A DNA stretch of 64,000 nucleotides from Sphagnum compactum (Eukaryota): positions 2,232,001 through 2,296,000 of the forward strand of contig OZ234494.1 of assembly GCA_965153455.1 (NCBI GenBank), given 5' to 3'. Shown one piece after another: positions 50,991 through 64,000 of the stretch. Position 1 is the stretch's first letter. Every line of letters starts with the position of its first letter. The notes beneath the pieces were generated by a model. That model did no database searches, was not told the origin of the DNA, and worked only from the letters and a program-made list of their open reading frames with translations. The position numbers were made by a program, and so were the translations under genes.

Positions 50991-52779
50991 TTAAAATTGA
51001 AATTGTGGTAGGAAAAATGTTTATATTCTCTTTTGTTGCAAATAGACAAACAATAATTAATTGAGTACATGTGGCCTAAAATCTATTACAACAATGTTGG
51101 CAATTGCAACACTTGAGGTTCCAACTTTGTTCCCTTCTTTGAATGTAGTGTCAACAATGTTGGGATCTCTTTAGTTTCCCACAAGCTTATAAGGCATGTG
51201 CAAGACAATAATAATCATTGTTCAACTAACAAGGTTTTCGATAGATTTTAATTGTGGGAAAATTGATTGTTTAATCCTAGCCTCCAACCCCATCAGCCAC
51301 TCTAACTATTTTTTCACTATGACAAATGAAGAAAGCACCATCTCCCATCTTCGCCTTTTTCAGATGGGGTAGGTAGCAAACACTTGAAAGAAGGTGAAGT
51401 ACTGGATTCCCTACTATTGATCTGCCACCAAAACAATCAAAACATTCTTAGGAATATATGTTTCGAGAGGATACTGATACATTCAAGGTCTCCAAAGTAC
51501 ATTGGAAATGTGTTTTTTCAAAAGTGGCATAACTTAGGGCCAATTTGAAAAGTTTCATTCAAAATTTTCCATAGATCAAGGGGTGTATATATTTTGATTT
51601 TCTACTTCTTCTCCCTAGCTATTATTGTTACATACCATTTTTCTTATAAAAAGGTGCTTGATTTCCAATGCTACAAAATTCTTGGAAACAAAAGGGCAGG
51701 GTGCTTTTCAACAAATATGAAACCCTAATTCTTGATATTATAGTTGTGCCTTAGAAAAAACTCACTAACATGAAACATGTGATAGGCCTACCCATGCAAT
51801 GAGCTTTCACATCCTATAATCCATTAATTCTCACCAAACCAAGTTTCGTTGACATAAGAACAAACCATGTCTGGTGGAGATTAACAAACATCCATGATTT
51901 TCTGATGATATTAGAACCAACATATGATTTGAACAATATAGATATATGCTTTGGAAAATCATTATTTCCCCATTCACCATATCCAAGATTTCATCACAGA
52001 TATTAGAAATAGACAATCACACGTAAATCAACTTATATTACTTTCCATGTTCAACTGGTAAAAAGAAGCTAGGGACAACAAAGCTAGGGGAACTTGAAAG
52101 ATATCATACTATGTGCATGCTGGTGATATTACATGTTAGCCATTTTGAGTGCCAAGCCCAGAGAAGAGAGGTTTATGGTTTATATTTATGAATTATTTAC
52201 AATATAATCACAATGATAATCTTCTAATGCATTCATGTCCTATGATAATAATGCATGTGCAAGAGAAACACACACACATATAAAGAGAAGATGCAAAAAG
52301 AACAAACCTACATGTAGACACATATAGATGCGAACAAGAAAGAGAACAAAAACAAAGATATATTGTCTTACCTTTTCTCTATGCAAAATTTGCAACTCCA
52401 TCTCCCTCCGAAAGAATAGCAATTCTCCTACGCAAATCCTTCTTCACTCATCTTTTCTAATAGCACCATCTCTTGCACCACAAACCATTGTGCGATGCAA
52501 TGTTCCCCACAACACTCCTTACAACTTCCTTAACTCTCCTAAACTATTTTTAGCAATCAATGGAGTACCTAAGAAGTTGGTCAATGTTGCATTTATGAAT
52601 AACAAATGACGACGTGGGATAATGTTGTAATGTTTCATTTCATTAAACTTATACCATATCCTTTGTCAACAAGTTTAACTTTGTAAACTATATTTTTTTT
52701 TTAAAAATTAAAAAGTTTACACACAATACATGCATTTGATATATTAGATTATAAATACCAGTTGTGATGAGGCAATCAA

Positions 52780-54354
52780 AAAGGCTTGTGACCAAATAAA
52801 TAAATAGGATCCTACTTGGGCCTACCTACTTAAGCTTACCTACCTACCTAAGCTTTTAGCTTAGATTTTTAAGCTATTTAGGCTTAGGCTAGGTAGCTTG
52901 GTTTGTAGGTTAAACTAGGTTAGGCTCATAAGTTATGTTAATAAATAGGTAGCTAGATTGTTAATGTTGTTTTATTATGTTTAAACACATATCTAGATAT
53001 CATAAATCAATATATACTTATATTATTTAATTATATTTTCCCACTGTAATATAAAACTTATGATAGTAATATAAGTCACATGATTAATGGCAAAATTTAC
53101 TATGACCATAATTATTACTAGTGGCATAACCATGATCCGATTTTACTTTATAATCATGTAGTAATATGTGACCTATATTACTACAAAAACAATAATATGT
53201 GCAATAATATATGCCATGTTTGGTGTAATGTATGTTAGGTGAAACCATGTTAACTAAACATTAGGCTACCTACTTAGCTTAACATACTTACCTAGTTAGC
53301 TTAATGTACTTATCTAACCTAATGTATCTATTGAACCTAAAGTACCCCTCACTAGCCTACCTAACCTAGCCTATTTACTTAGCTTATAATACTTATTAGG
53401 TTAGTTTATCTACCTAGTTTAGCTTGCCTATCTAGCCAAGTAGACCTACCTAGCCTAGTGTACCTATCTAGGTTAAATATGTAAACAATTAAATTAAGCT
53501 AAATTAAGTAGTGAATTAAACTAGCTATATAGGTTAGTTGGTTAGATTAAGCTAAGTAGATAATTAGATTAAGCTAGGCATTGGTCAATATATGTAGGTT
53601 AGTAAATAATACTAAAATGGTAAATGACACCTCTTGACCTACAAATTCTTTCTTATCCATCTATTTACATCCTACTTACTTACCTACCTACCTATTATTA
53701 TTATTTTAACATAGTTAATAGTGTAAAAAGACGTGAAAAAAATACATGTTCATAATTATAGGTTGACAAAATCTTAACATCTTATAAATATATGTTGCAT
53801 TATTTAAAGATTTGATTTATCGTTATAAAGGTGAGAGGTTCAAGTCCTCATACATACAATTATATACATGTTTAGTGGGTTAATGTAACTTAGGTCTAGC
53901 TTAGACTAAAGTGCTAACCTAGATAGGGTGTGGTAAGGTACAATAAAATGGGTAGTTTAACAAATGGATGGGTAAGTAAGATGCCCATAAGTTGATTACA
54001 TTTTTCTTTAAAACCACTAAGTAGGTATGTCAACATTAGGCAATCTAAGTTAGGCTAAAGAACTAAGTTAGGTGGTTATGTTAGGTTAGATAGAGGTCAC
54101 ATGTCATGTTTATAATCACATGTCCATCATGTGTAACCATCTATATAATCATATGTCCAATAATATATGTAGTCTTGTATTTGACATGATCACAATCCTT
54201 AATCTCATGGAGTCAAATTATGATTACGAGCACATCTAGAATTAAATAGTAAAATGAGTCTGATTTGACTACATGGTCATGTAGTCACTAATGGCATATA
54301 TAACTACAAATGTAATTTTATATGTAGTCATAAAACCAAGGTTTTCACATAGTG
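52780..54354. mobile_element. Probable CACTA remnant (right end only)
   Basis: Ends ...GTTTTCACATAGTG at 54354, with GTAGTCA subterminal motifs and CTACCTA-rich tracts like those in 3091-5759. No matching left TIR or TSD found. Confidence 0.4.
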
Positions 54355-56392
54355 ATTTGTCAAAATTCATTTTAGTAGAAGCCTTTTGCCAACTTCACTT
54401 AGTAATTTTAAAGAGTGTTTTTATCAAAGGTTACAAGGGATGATGAAAGGGATATTAAGGGATGATAAAAGTGATGGTGGGGATGACAAGGGTGTTGAAA
54501 GGATGTTAAGGGACGACAAGAAATGATGGTGGGGGATATTGAAATAAGCCCAAAAAAATTAAATTAATTTTTTTTTCAAATCTCGAAATATGACACGAGG
54601 TTGTTGAACAATGATGGAAACAATAAGGGGGTGTTCATGTGTGGCAAAAAATCATTATATATTCCAAACATTGGGTGCACTAGGACAAAATAATTCCAAA
54701 CCTGCACCCAAACAAAAATAATAAATTTAGGTTAAAAAAAATGGGGGTTAAAAATATTTGTTGCAAAGGATATCCAAGGAGGATATTATTTTTGGTACAA
54801 TTATTCGCTCCTTGGTCCTTATGTCAAAGAAGGCCATGCTATCAAAACATTATTATGCCTTTGAGCTTAAGCTTCACCCTTTGTTCCCAGGGTGTAATGT
54901 GTCTGAACAACAAGGCTTTTTCCCTATGGATAATGGGCAAGGGTTGACCATTCCATTATACATAATTGTCTCCCATAATCTGTCCCTTACAATAAATTTG
55001 AAAAATGGAGGCCCAGCACAAGTTGTAATGCCTTTCATTTGAACAAAATAGCATTACAAAGGGCATTATGATTTACATAATGCATTCCATAAGAGTGGAA
55101 GAGCCCGCTGTATGAGGGCAACAAATCATTGATGTTCATCTAAACAATTGAATAGTTGAACTTTACTTTGGGAAACTTCCTCAAAGTGGTGGACTATGGA
55201 AAGGCAAGTCTACCCTTGATTGAAACCTTGAGAAACATGCCCTCCTTTTGGGAATGCTCCACTCCTTGTTCATGACAAGGTGCCATTCTCTGATAGGAGA
55301 ATTTAGTCTTTTTGTGTAGCAGTAGATTGCAATGAAAAGTGATAGTAAAAGCATGAGAATAAGTTAGTTTAAAAACGGATTCAATGTGAATGTGGTTTTA
55401 AACATTTAATCTTTTGGAGGAAGATAAGCCCCTAAGAGACATGATTCAAATCGACTTTCTGGCTTCAAAATCACATCATTCGATTGTGATTTGTTTTGTG
55501 CTTATTATGCAGTGTCATACAAGTTCCATGTTTTTTTTGCTTTGTGTTTTGCAAGAGTTTGAGTGTACTTAGATTCCTAGGAGACTTTGCAAGTTTGTGT
55601 TGCAGATGAATAATATTTTAATTTGGATGTGATGTGCCAATTTGATAACACACCACATCTCTATTGAATAGATCTAGAAACTTTATTAAAGGCAAAATCA
55701 GCTCCACCCGCACTATGCACAATAATTTTTTGAATGAAACACAATCAGATTTATGTTAGGTTGGGATAATAATTTAAGTTTGGCCAATAGAGTTATCTCT
55801 AAAGTCTCCCCCTGTCTTTGGCCTGCATTCAGCCCCCATCCCCTCTTTCAGTGGTATCCGCAAATTTTTTAAATTAAATCACAGTCTGAAATGCTGAAAC
55901 TCAGCATTTAATGCACAAGGTTCGAGAGTAATCATAGTAGTTGTACAGGTAGGAGCAGTGATAATATATGCAGCAGCACTGAAAACGGTGAGGAAAAAGG
56001 AAAGACAGGATGAAACTCAGTTTACCACCCGAATCGATCGGTGGAAAAACTAGTTTGGGTCCCAGTTATTTCGCTTTGTAAATTTTCATTCTCAGTTTAG
56101 CTAGCGTTTGATGTCCTATTATGTCGAAACTGGTCGTTCTCGCCCGCGATTAACGCCCCCTAATCGTGGGACTGTACGAATAGCCTGGCCCCTTTCACTA
56201 TGCAAGCTTTCATATTCATGAGTGGGGCTTGGAACAGTTAACAACTACTTTAAACATGAAAGGGATTGTTGAAGGCCCAAATGCGCACTATTCATGGGTG
56301 GACCTTTGATCTTCTGGTCTAAGGCGCCCTCCATATATGACTCTGGGAAAATTTCCACCAGTTCTTGACTGAGTGTGTTAAGTAATTAATGC

Positions 56393-56890
56393 ATGAATGA
56401 TTTCCTTTCATCCATTTTGGTGCAACCCTAATCACGACTCCAGGCTTTCTCTCTCTCTCTTTCCTTCTCTTCTGTCCCACACTGTCTTCGATGTCTGTTG
56501 TCTATATTCCTCTGTTTGTCTTTCAGGCTCTTGTTGTTTTCTGGCTTTGCTTGTAATGCACGAATGATTTCTATTCATCCATTTTAGTGAAACCCTAAAT
56601 TACGACCCCAGAGGCTCTCTGTCTCTGTCTCTTTTCTGTCCCACACTAGCTTTAATGGTCTGTTCGTCTGTTCCTTTTTTTTGTCTTTGATGCTCTTGTT
56701 GTTTTCTGGCTTTGTTTGTACTGAATGAATGAATTCCTTTCATCCATTCTGGTGAAACCCTAAATCAGAACCCCAGGCGAGCGCGCGCTCTCTCCCTCTC
56801 TCTTGTGTCCCACACCATCTTCAATGGTCAATTCGTCTATTCCTCTGTTGTCTTTGACGCTCTCTTGTTCTTTTCTGGCTTTGCTTGTTG
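56393..56890 (+). repeat. Three about 167-bp tandem units with telo-box-like AAACCCTAA upstream of the RING gene
   Basis: Unit: GAATGATTTCCTTTCATCCATT..TGAAACCCTAAA..GTCCCACAC..CTCTTGTTGTTTTCTGGCTTTGCTTGT at about 56393, 56562 and 56727. Confidence 0.88.
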
Positions 56891-58989
56891 CGTGCAAGCC
56901 GTGCCAATGTCGTTGACAATGTTGCTGTTGTTTTTCTCGTGGAAGGAAAGCATGACGTATTGACGACTAGTCGTAGTAGTGGTGGTGGTGGTAGTAGCTG
57001 TTGTTGTTGTTTTTGTTGTAGAAGCCTGGGACAGAATAGCTGATTATGATGAGATAGAGACCTGGTTGCTTCTTCTGTGTTCCTGCAGTTTGCCACTGTT
57101 GTTGGTGATCCTTGGTTCGCTGCTGCTGCACTTGCTTCTGCTGCCGTCATGGAATCTGGCTCCGTGTTCTATAGTTCTAGCGTCGTCTTCATCGGCGGTG
57201 AGCAGTCGTTTTCTCGCGTTCTCATAGGGCTGTTGCTGCTGTTGGTGTTGTTGTTGCGGCCCTTTACTGTATGCTTTCCCTCCCTTTTTCCTCTTTTTTT
57301 TTGCCGCTGCAATGAATGAACGAATGAATGCATGCTTGGCGGTGACCATATGTAGGTAGGTATCTCTACTGGTGCAAATCGGCAAGAAGAAGATGATGAT
57401 GATGAGGGAGCTAGGTATGTGTCCATGTTGTTGGCAATGATATGGCAGATTGTTTGTTGTTGAGCAGTAAGGGAGAGTAAGGTATGAAGACAATTGTCTT
57501 GTGTTTGGGTTTATTGCCTCTTGGGGGTTTCAAATCCTTTGCTGAGTTTATCCTTGTTTGAAAGTGCGTGTGTCCCATCTCTGACAAGGAAGACAGGAGC
57601 AAGTATCCAAGGTGAGGAGGATGCTCAGAGGGTGTGTGTGTGTGTGTGTGTGTGTGTATGCTTCCTAATTTCTGCACTCTGTTCTTGGCTTCCAGGTACA
57701 TGTAGATGACAAATTGTCAGAGTTTGTTCTGACAGTATGACTGTAGTAGTAGTAGTAGTGATTCATGCTTCCTGGTGAAAAGCAAAAGTCCATCGTTGGA
57801 GGCTTCTTATCATTGTTCATCATGATGAACTAGTTCTGGTCTTTGTCAGCCTCCTCTCTTCTTCTTCCTTCCTGCAGTTTTCGCACTCAGGTGTTGACCA
57901 CCGAAATGGTTAGTACAGAGTGTTTTTGACGGGAAGCTTTCCAGATTCTTTGTTTGAAAGTAAGTGCAATCACCTGTTACTCTCGGGTTCTCAGAAGGAG
58001 GTTGCTAAATGGGATGATGACAATGAGGATTTGCTGCCCATGCATGTTCTTCCAGCTTATCAAATCCTGACCTCCAGCATAACTTATTAAGTGCAAGAGT
58101 TCTGTTCCTGGCAACCAAATCCTCAGCAGAATAAGTACAGGATAGCTGCAAATTTTGCATTATAGACAAGAAACAGCAAACTGTTGGTGAATAGATTGTT
58201 CATATTTTACATTCTTATTGGAATTTTTGATCTTATCTTTCTCTTTCAGGTTTTGTTGAGCTGGCATCATGGTTCACTTTTCCCATTACTGCCAGCCTTG
58301 TGACAGAAACTCCATGTTTTGGTTCATGTTTGACATTAACATACACCCATTGCTAGGAACTGATGAAGTTAGTGGGGATATTATGGTGAATATCATATAC
58401 ATTGCTGTTGACCCATGAAACATGTGTGTGACTGTTGCTGTCCTTCAAACTACTCCAAAATTCTGTTTTATGGTCTTGTTTTCTGTTTTCTTTAGGAGGC
58501 ATTTCCTCTTTTTTATGCTTGCTGATTGGTTGCTGTTATGTTGTCAAATCTGAAATACCCATTACAATTGAGTCATCTCTCAAACTTTTCAGTTGGACTT
58601 AAAATTATAAGTGTCAAGATATTCTCAGTACTTATATCCTTGATACTTGTTAAAAGATATCCTTGATGTTCCAGCAATGAAGTACTGAGGACAATTCTCA
58701 GCTGCTGTAGATGCTTTTGTGCAGGCAGGATTGCTGCTTTTGGAAAAGTGTTGAATAAGGAATCCCGTTACTGATTCTGCCTGGATGAAAGTGTTCGTAC
58801 TCTGCAAAGGAAAGTCAACTTCTACAAAGCTGAACACAGTCACAGCTTGTACACATATATCAGGAATCCTGGACTGGCTAAGGGCAGGTAGAGATGTAAC
58901 ATGCAGTATTGAATTCTGGAACATCAGCTAGTACACATTTGGGGTTTGTGGTTTCCACACTCAACCAAACAAAGCGCAATAAAGTCAAG

Positions 58990-61360
58990 ACGGGGTCCCT
59001 CTGCTGTGTGGCCGCAAGGCCACAAGAGTCTCCCACCAGCAATGATGGCTGGTCAACAGCAGCACAGGAACCTCATTGGCGCAGCAATGAGGGCTTTTCA
59101 CCTGTGCTTTCAAGCAGTTGGTTGGAGAATAAATCCCAACCTGAAGATCTGGCAACAACCTCAGATGCATCTCAGTTCCGTCAAAGATCCCTGTCTTCAA
59201 GTAGCAGGGGCAGCAGAAGTGGGAGTAGGCTAGGTAGTGCTAGGCTGATCGGCCATTTCCGCAGGCACTCTGAAAGCTTTTTCTCTTTAGGGGACAGTCC
59301 TTTTGACAGTTTCCGGACAAATGTGTGCAATCCTCTTGCTTTATCCAGTGATCACATCAGCGACATTGTTCCTGCCCCCACAGGTATGATGGTGTTCTTA
59401 GAGTTTTTCTACTCAGGTAGGTGATCAGTGGAGAGTCCTGGTGATAGGGTGAAGGAATGTTGGAATCTGATCGTACGAGCAAAAACCAAAAGAGGCTTTC
59501 AACCTTAGACTCACCAAAATCTTATGTGGGCTCAAAGCACCAGGTTCATAATTGCTCTGGGTCTTTATCATGTGCTCTTCAAATTGCCAGTTTAAGGGCC
59601 TTTGGTATTGAGAATGCAGTAACTTGAAGTAGTGTACCTATTAAAGTTTAAGATGAGTGGTGGCATTTATGTAGCAGGTAAATCCTGTTGATGAAATTGT
59701 TTGTGTTTGTGTTGCAGTACCAACATCAAGCCCAACCATTGTCCTATCATCATCCAAGCAGGTTTAGTATTCATGCTTGTCACTCATACTTTTGTTCCTT
59801 GTTTTGCTGGGAGGAATTGTTCATTTATATGCATGTTTTTGTAATGAGTTCTGTAATCTGCCACTTTAAGCATAGGTATACAATTAAGTCACACCAACCT
59901 CACAGTCCAGGAACCCAGCAACCTACTGAACCCAAACTCTACCTTGGAGCTAAGTAGTGATGTTGTTGATTAGTTTGTTTGTTCCTTTACTTCTGCTGGT
60001 AGGAAAGGGGAAGTTCATCAGCCAGAATGTCCACACATCTAATATCATGTACCAAGGAGTCATGTCGTTGATCTGTTTGTTTTGTTACTTTCTTCAGTTT
60101 GGAAAGGGCTGTTTATCAGCCAGAATGTCCATAATGTCTAGTGACTTGTGACTCACCACAGAGGAGCACTTAGTTGGTGAACCAGCAGTTTTACCCCAAC
60201 CCCTGTTGCAGCTCCATTTGAAGAGCCTGTATTCAGTCTTTCTGAGCCTCACTTCAAATTCCCAATTCCACTCTTGTTATACATATCTCAGACAAACCAG
60301 CTTATATCTAGTTCACACCAGAACTTATCTCTCTGAGGGCTGGGTGTTGTTTCATAAGTTACAGAGTATTGGAGATGTGAAGTGCAGTTCTGATGTGTGA
60401 TGTGGCCTGTGCAGACATCTTCCGAAGCAGTTTCATTACCATACCAAGAGCGCTTGCATTGGACGAATGCAAGCAGCCCATCTGATTTTGGCTGGGGTTC
60501 AACCTATGAAGGTGTTGATAAAGCCACAGGGTTGCTATCTGTGGAAAGGATCAGGGCAAGGAACACCCAATCTGCCAGTGCCTCTTCGCACTCTGAGGTA
60601 TCATATATTGCACCCAGTTTTGCTGTTTGTGTTGTCAAGGCAGTTCAGTTTCTTCCATGAGTACACCTCCGGCAGCTTTTGGCCTGTCTGAACTTAACTG
60701 TGTATTGGTAATGGCATATCACAGACTTGTGGTGTGTGCAACCGTTTGCTAAGTCAACAGCCACCCTGGAGTTCACATCGAATGGTTGGAATCACTGATT
60801 GCACTGTAGTGGGAGTTCTCGTCTGTGGCCATGTTTACCATGCTGAGTGCCTGGAGCAAGCTTCTCCTGACTCTTTACGTCAAGACCCTACATGCCCACA
60901 GTGTGGGATAGCTGAGAAAGCTGCAACCAAGGTCAAGGTCTTGGAGCCAGTAGCCTCAAGAGGTGTAGGAGTACGAGGGACTGGTGCTCTTGCACCAACA
61001 AGCTCTAGGAACAAACTTTCAAGGATTGGAGTAGCGACAGATGATATCACAGGGCCTGAGATTGCTTCTCGTGGAGCACAGGTGTCCTCGGTGCACAAAG
61101 AGACACTGAATGCAGGTGGAAAACCTCGTTCACCTTATGATCTCTTTCAAACCGAGCATCTCTTTCGGAGTAGGTCCCTCTCCAGAAAGCAATTTCCTGT
61201 CAAGCACCGGTTAACAAGGGGATCTAGCAGTGATATAGGGTGGAGATGGCCTACTGCTTCTCCTGCTTTGGTATCTCCAGATGATTGGGGAGTGGGTGGC
61301 CTCAATCCCCCTAGCAAGAATTGGAGGTCAAAATCTTTTTCATTGTTGAGGATGTCATAG
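58990..61360 (+). CDS. RING-H2 zinc finger protein of the plant MGxxCCVAAR family, spliced
   Basis: Exons 58990-59383, 59718-59761, 60415-60597 and 60725-61360 with GT-AG and consistent phase. N-terminus GSLCCVAARP. RING: CGVC...CGHVYHAEC...CPQC. Confidence 0.88.
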
Positions 61361-63027
61361 GTTTTTTAATCACCTTATGGTGCACCTCAGCTTCAACAAC
61401 AATGGACATTGATCCTGTTAGGGATTTGTCCATAGACTCAAGGTCTTACTCTTGCAGCTAATGTATAATGCAGCTGTAAATCTGGGGATATCAAAGTGCT
61501 TCTTTAGACCTCTGCTTCAGACACAGGGGACATTGTCAAAATAGGATTTACAGCAGTTAAACAACAAACAGTATTTGATGAGAAACAAAGTTTATTGAGA
61601 TTGTTGTGAGCAGCTTATATGGAACTATTAGATGCCTAATTGCATCCAATATATCCCCCTAGACTCTTCTGCCAAGCATGTCACCAATTGACATTGGGAA
61701 AATGAAAACAACACTGAGCTCAAAGAATTTGTCACTCACCCATTTTAATAATATGGTTCTTGGGCTGAGATTTAAAGTATGATGTTGTGATGATGTCTAG
61801 AAGCTCCTTAACCATTAGGTAGCCTTGCTGGTGTGACAATTTGTGTACACGCTGTACAAATGAATGCATTAGGCACCTAGCTGAGCATAGGTTTTTGATG
61901 ATGCCCAATTTCAATTCTCTTCTCTTTGCACTGGTATGTTTAATAGTCTTTCTCTCTGTGTCTTCCAAGAGTCTTCCTAATGGATGCCTTAACAGGTGCA
62001 AAAGACTACAAATAGGATAGAGAATTGTCACAACCCTGAAAAAACCCCAAGGCTCCAAGGTCCTTTCCTACTTTCTCTTCTTTTCCCAGGCAATTGACTC
62101 AACTGTACCTGATACAACTGGCTGAAGTAAAATGTAAACCTTGTCTGTCTGTGCAGGCATTGAAAGCATGAGTTTGATCAATTTTCTACTAACACTCTTG
62201 AAGAACACACCACAACCACAGAAAGGACTGCCAGAATTTTTCTTTTGTATTTTCAGCTCCCTTACCTGCCTGAAGAAACCTGTTTTCAGCAAGCGGGATC
62301 TTTTGCAGTGGAGGTACCAGCCAGGCTGTACTGGTATCTTCTGACCCACAGAAGATGCCAGCCAGTCTGTCACTATTTCTAAAAAGTGAAGAAATCCCTG
62401 CTCTGCTTTCCGCAGGAAAAGGACATGAGTACAGGCCCTTCTCGTATACTTAAATATCCCAAAAACCATAAGACAGGGGCTGATAAAACATATACCACAC
62501 AGGGGCTGATAAAACATATGCCACCATGAGTGACAAAGATTCTCTCCAAGGTTTTAAACAGTACAGAATTAAATGTGGTCAAAGTTGCAAGTTTACATGC
62601 AAAGAGAACACTGACACCCATATCTCAAATCTTTGAACTCTCATTTCACAATTCTTCCTGTAGTCCGAAGCAGGGTTGTTGGGTCATGGGTGATAACAGA
62701 CTGATTTTGTAAACAAGAACAAGCTTGCATAAAAAATCAAAAGTTTGTGTCAAACTAAGGAAACCATCTGTTTGAACAAAACCAAAATGCTCAATAAATA
62801 AGGTTCCCCTTAGAGTAAGCTTCAATGTTTGTGAAAGGGGAAGGATTTGCCAACGATATTGAAAACCCATGTAAGTTCAGTACAAATGAATGTATAAACT
62901 TGAAACAACCACCCCACTGCCATTGCATCTGGCCCTTCTAGCTTAACCTAAGCACCACATGTTCGGATTCACTCACAAATCGCAAGCTGTGAATTTGTGA
63001 GTACTTTCTTCCTTTCACACAATCCTG

Positions 63028-63694
63028 CTATGCATCTCCAAGTGTCCTCTTTGTTGTACTGATATATAGAACTGCATGTAATAAGCACTGGGTCAACAAA
63101 TGGGTTCACTTTAAACAAAACAAAAGAACCTGAACTTTGAAACACAAACAAGTGCTCTGCTTTTTGGAGACATGGACAGGATTTATGATATTCTTGAACT
63201 TCCAGGCATTCTGCAATGCAATATGTGCCATTCAATCATCATAAATTTAGTCTCCCAATTTTGAACAAGCAAGCAAAATCCAATCTCATCCAGGGGTTTA
63301 CATCCAATCCCTACAAAGCTTTGCATTGTAGGGATTGGATGTGAACCCCTGGGTGAGTTTTGGAGCTGAAATGCACATTTCCAGAGTGAAAAAAATGCAG
63401 AGCCTATGCACTCAGATACAGCCTCATCTGCCGTTAGTATAAGGTCAGTGTTTGGACAAATCGGCCATAACCTTATCTTTACTCTCATCCAACCAGATAA
63501 AAAATTGTGGCTTTCATCCAACATTTGCTAGCTACCTCTTGTATGAACAGACCTCTGACAGGGGAAGAAGGAAGTGTTACCATTATTGCCTCGAATGAAG
63601 GCATCTCCATATTTATTTTTCAGTTGACCATTCACATACTCCTCAGTTTGCTCCATTGCTATGTTCATGTACCCATCCAAACATGCTAAAATTC
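63028..63694 (-). CDS. LSM6: Sm-like protein LSM6, last two coding exons (5' exon lies beyond the window)
   Basis: Exon 63694-63581 encodes GILACLDGYMNIAMEQTEEYVNGQLKNKYGDAFIRGNN. Exon 63071-63028 encodes VLYISTTKRTLGDA-stop. Canonical AG/GT sites in phase. Not shown in the ORF track. Confidence 0.96.
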
Positions 63695-64000
63695 CTGCAC
63701 CCAACCAAGACCATGACTTTTGAATGTGCTAAACTTGGAGTAGTGTTAAGCCAAGCATTTAATACCAGAACAACATCACGGGAAAGGCACTGGAAGTATC
63801 TTTGACCATAGAGAACTGTATCATCAATCAAGTAAAGATTAATGTGTTGTAGAAGAGAGACTAAAACCATCCATCAACTCTTAAATTTTGTGTGGATTTG
63901 TCAAACTCAACCCCAAGGTAACAGCCTCCTAGGCAATGATGGTCTACATTCCAAGGTTGCAAAGCATCTGCCAGAACTTTCTGAGGCTCTGCAGATGCAG

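Noticed and set aside
51315-54354. CACTATG at 51315 as left TIR for the TAGTG end at 54354
   Set aside because: Only 7 bp match and the flanking triplets (TTT vs ATT) differ.
61732-62517. Two consecutive same-frame minus-strand ORFs (149 and 108 aa)
   Set aside because: No recognisable domain or ATG-supported model. They lie between the convergent 3' ends of the RING and LSM6 genes.

Overview
Eukaryotic, intron-containing, AT-rich plant DNA. It is probably a moss (Sphagnum-like), inferred from the repeat families and kinase type. The first 20 kb is a four-layer transposon nest. An old solo LTR (1719-20177) is split by a 17.5-kb Ty3/Gypsy-type retroelement (1864-19401, 4-bp TSD ACTC). That element is itself interrupted by a non-autonomous CACTA (3091-5759, TSD TCT) and by a very young chromodomain Gypsy element (7225-14520, 985-bp LTRs, TSD GCATT). 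The 1864-19401 element is the highlight. Its decayed polyprotein reads Gag - aspartic protease - DNMT3-like C5 cytosine methyltransferase - RT. Its termini fit an A...B-A-B split-direct-repeat layout rather than two ordinary LTRs. It has no tRNA PBS; instead there is a 17-nt site complementary to its own predicted 5' end, as in Tf1-like self-priming. The rest of the window holds an AP2/ERF gene, a spliced Brittle1-like mitochondrial carrier gene, hAT remnants, a frameshifted kinase, a UDP-glucuronate epimerase pseudogene, about 15 kb of AT-rich repeats with a large inverted repeat, a RING-H2 gene whose conserved start is ACG, and the 3' exons of LSM6.
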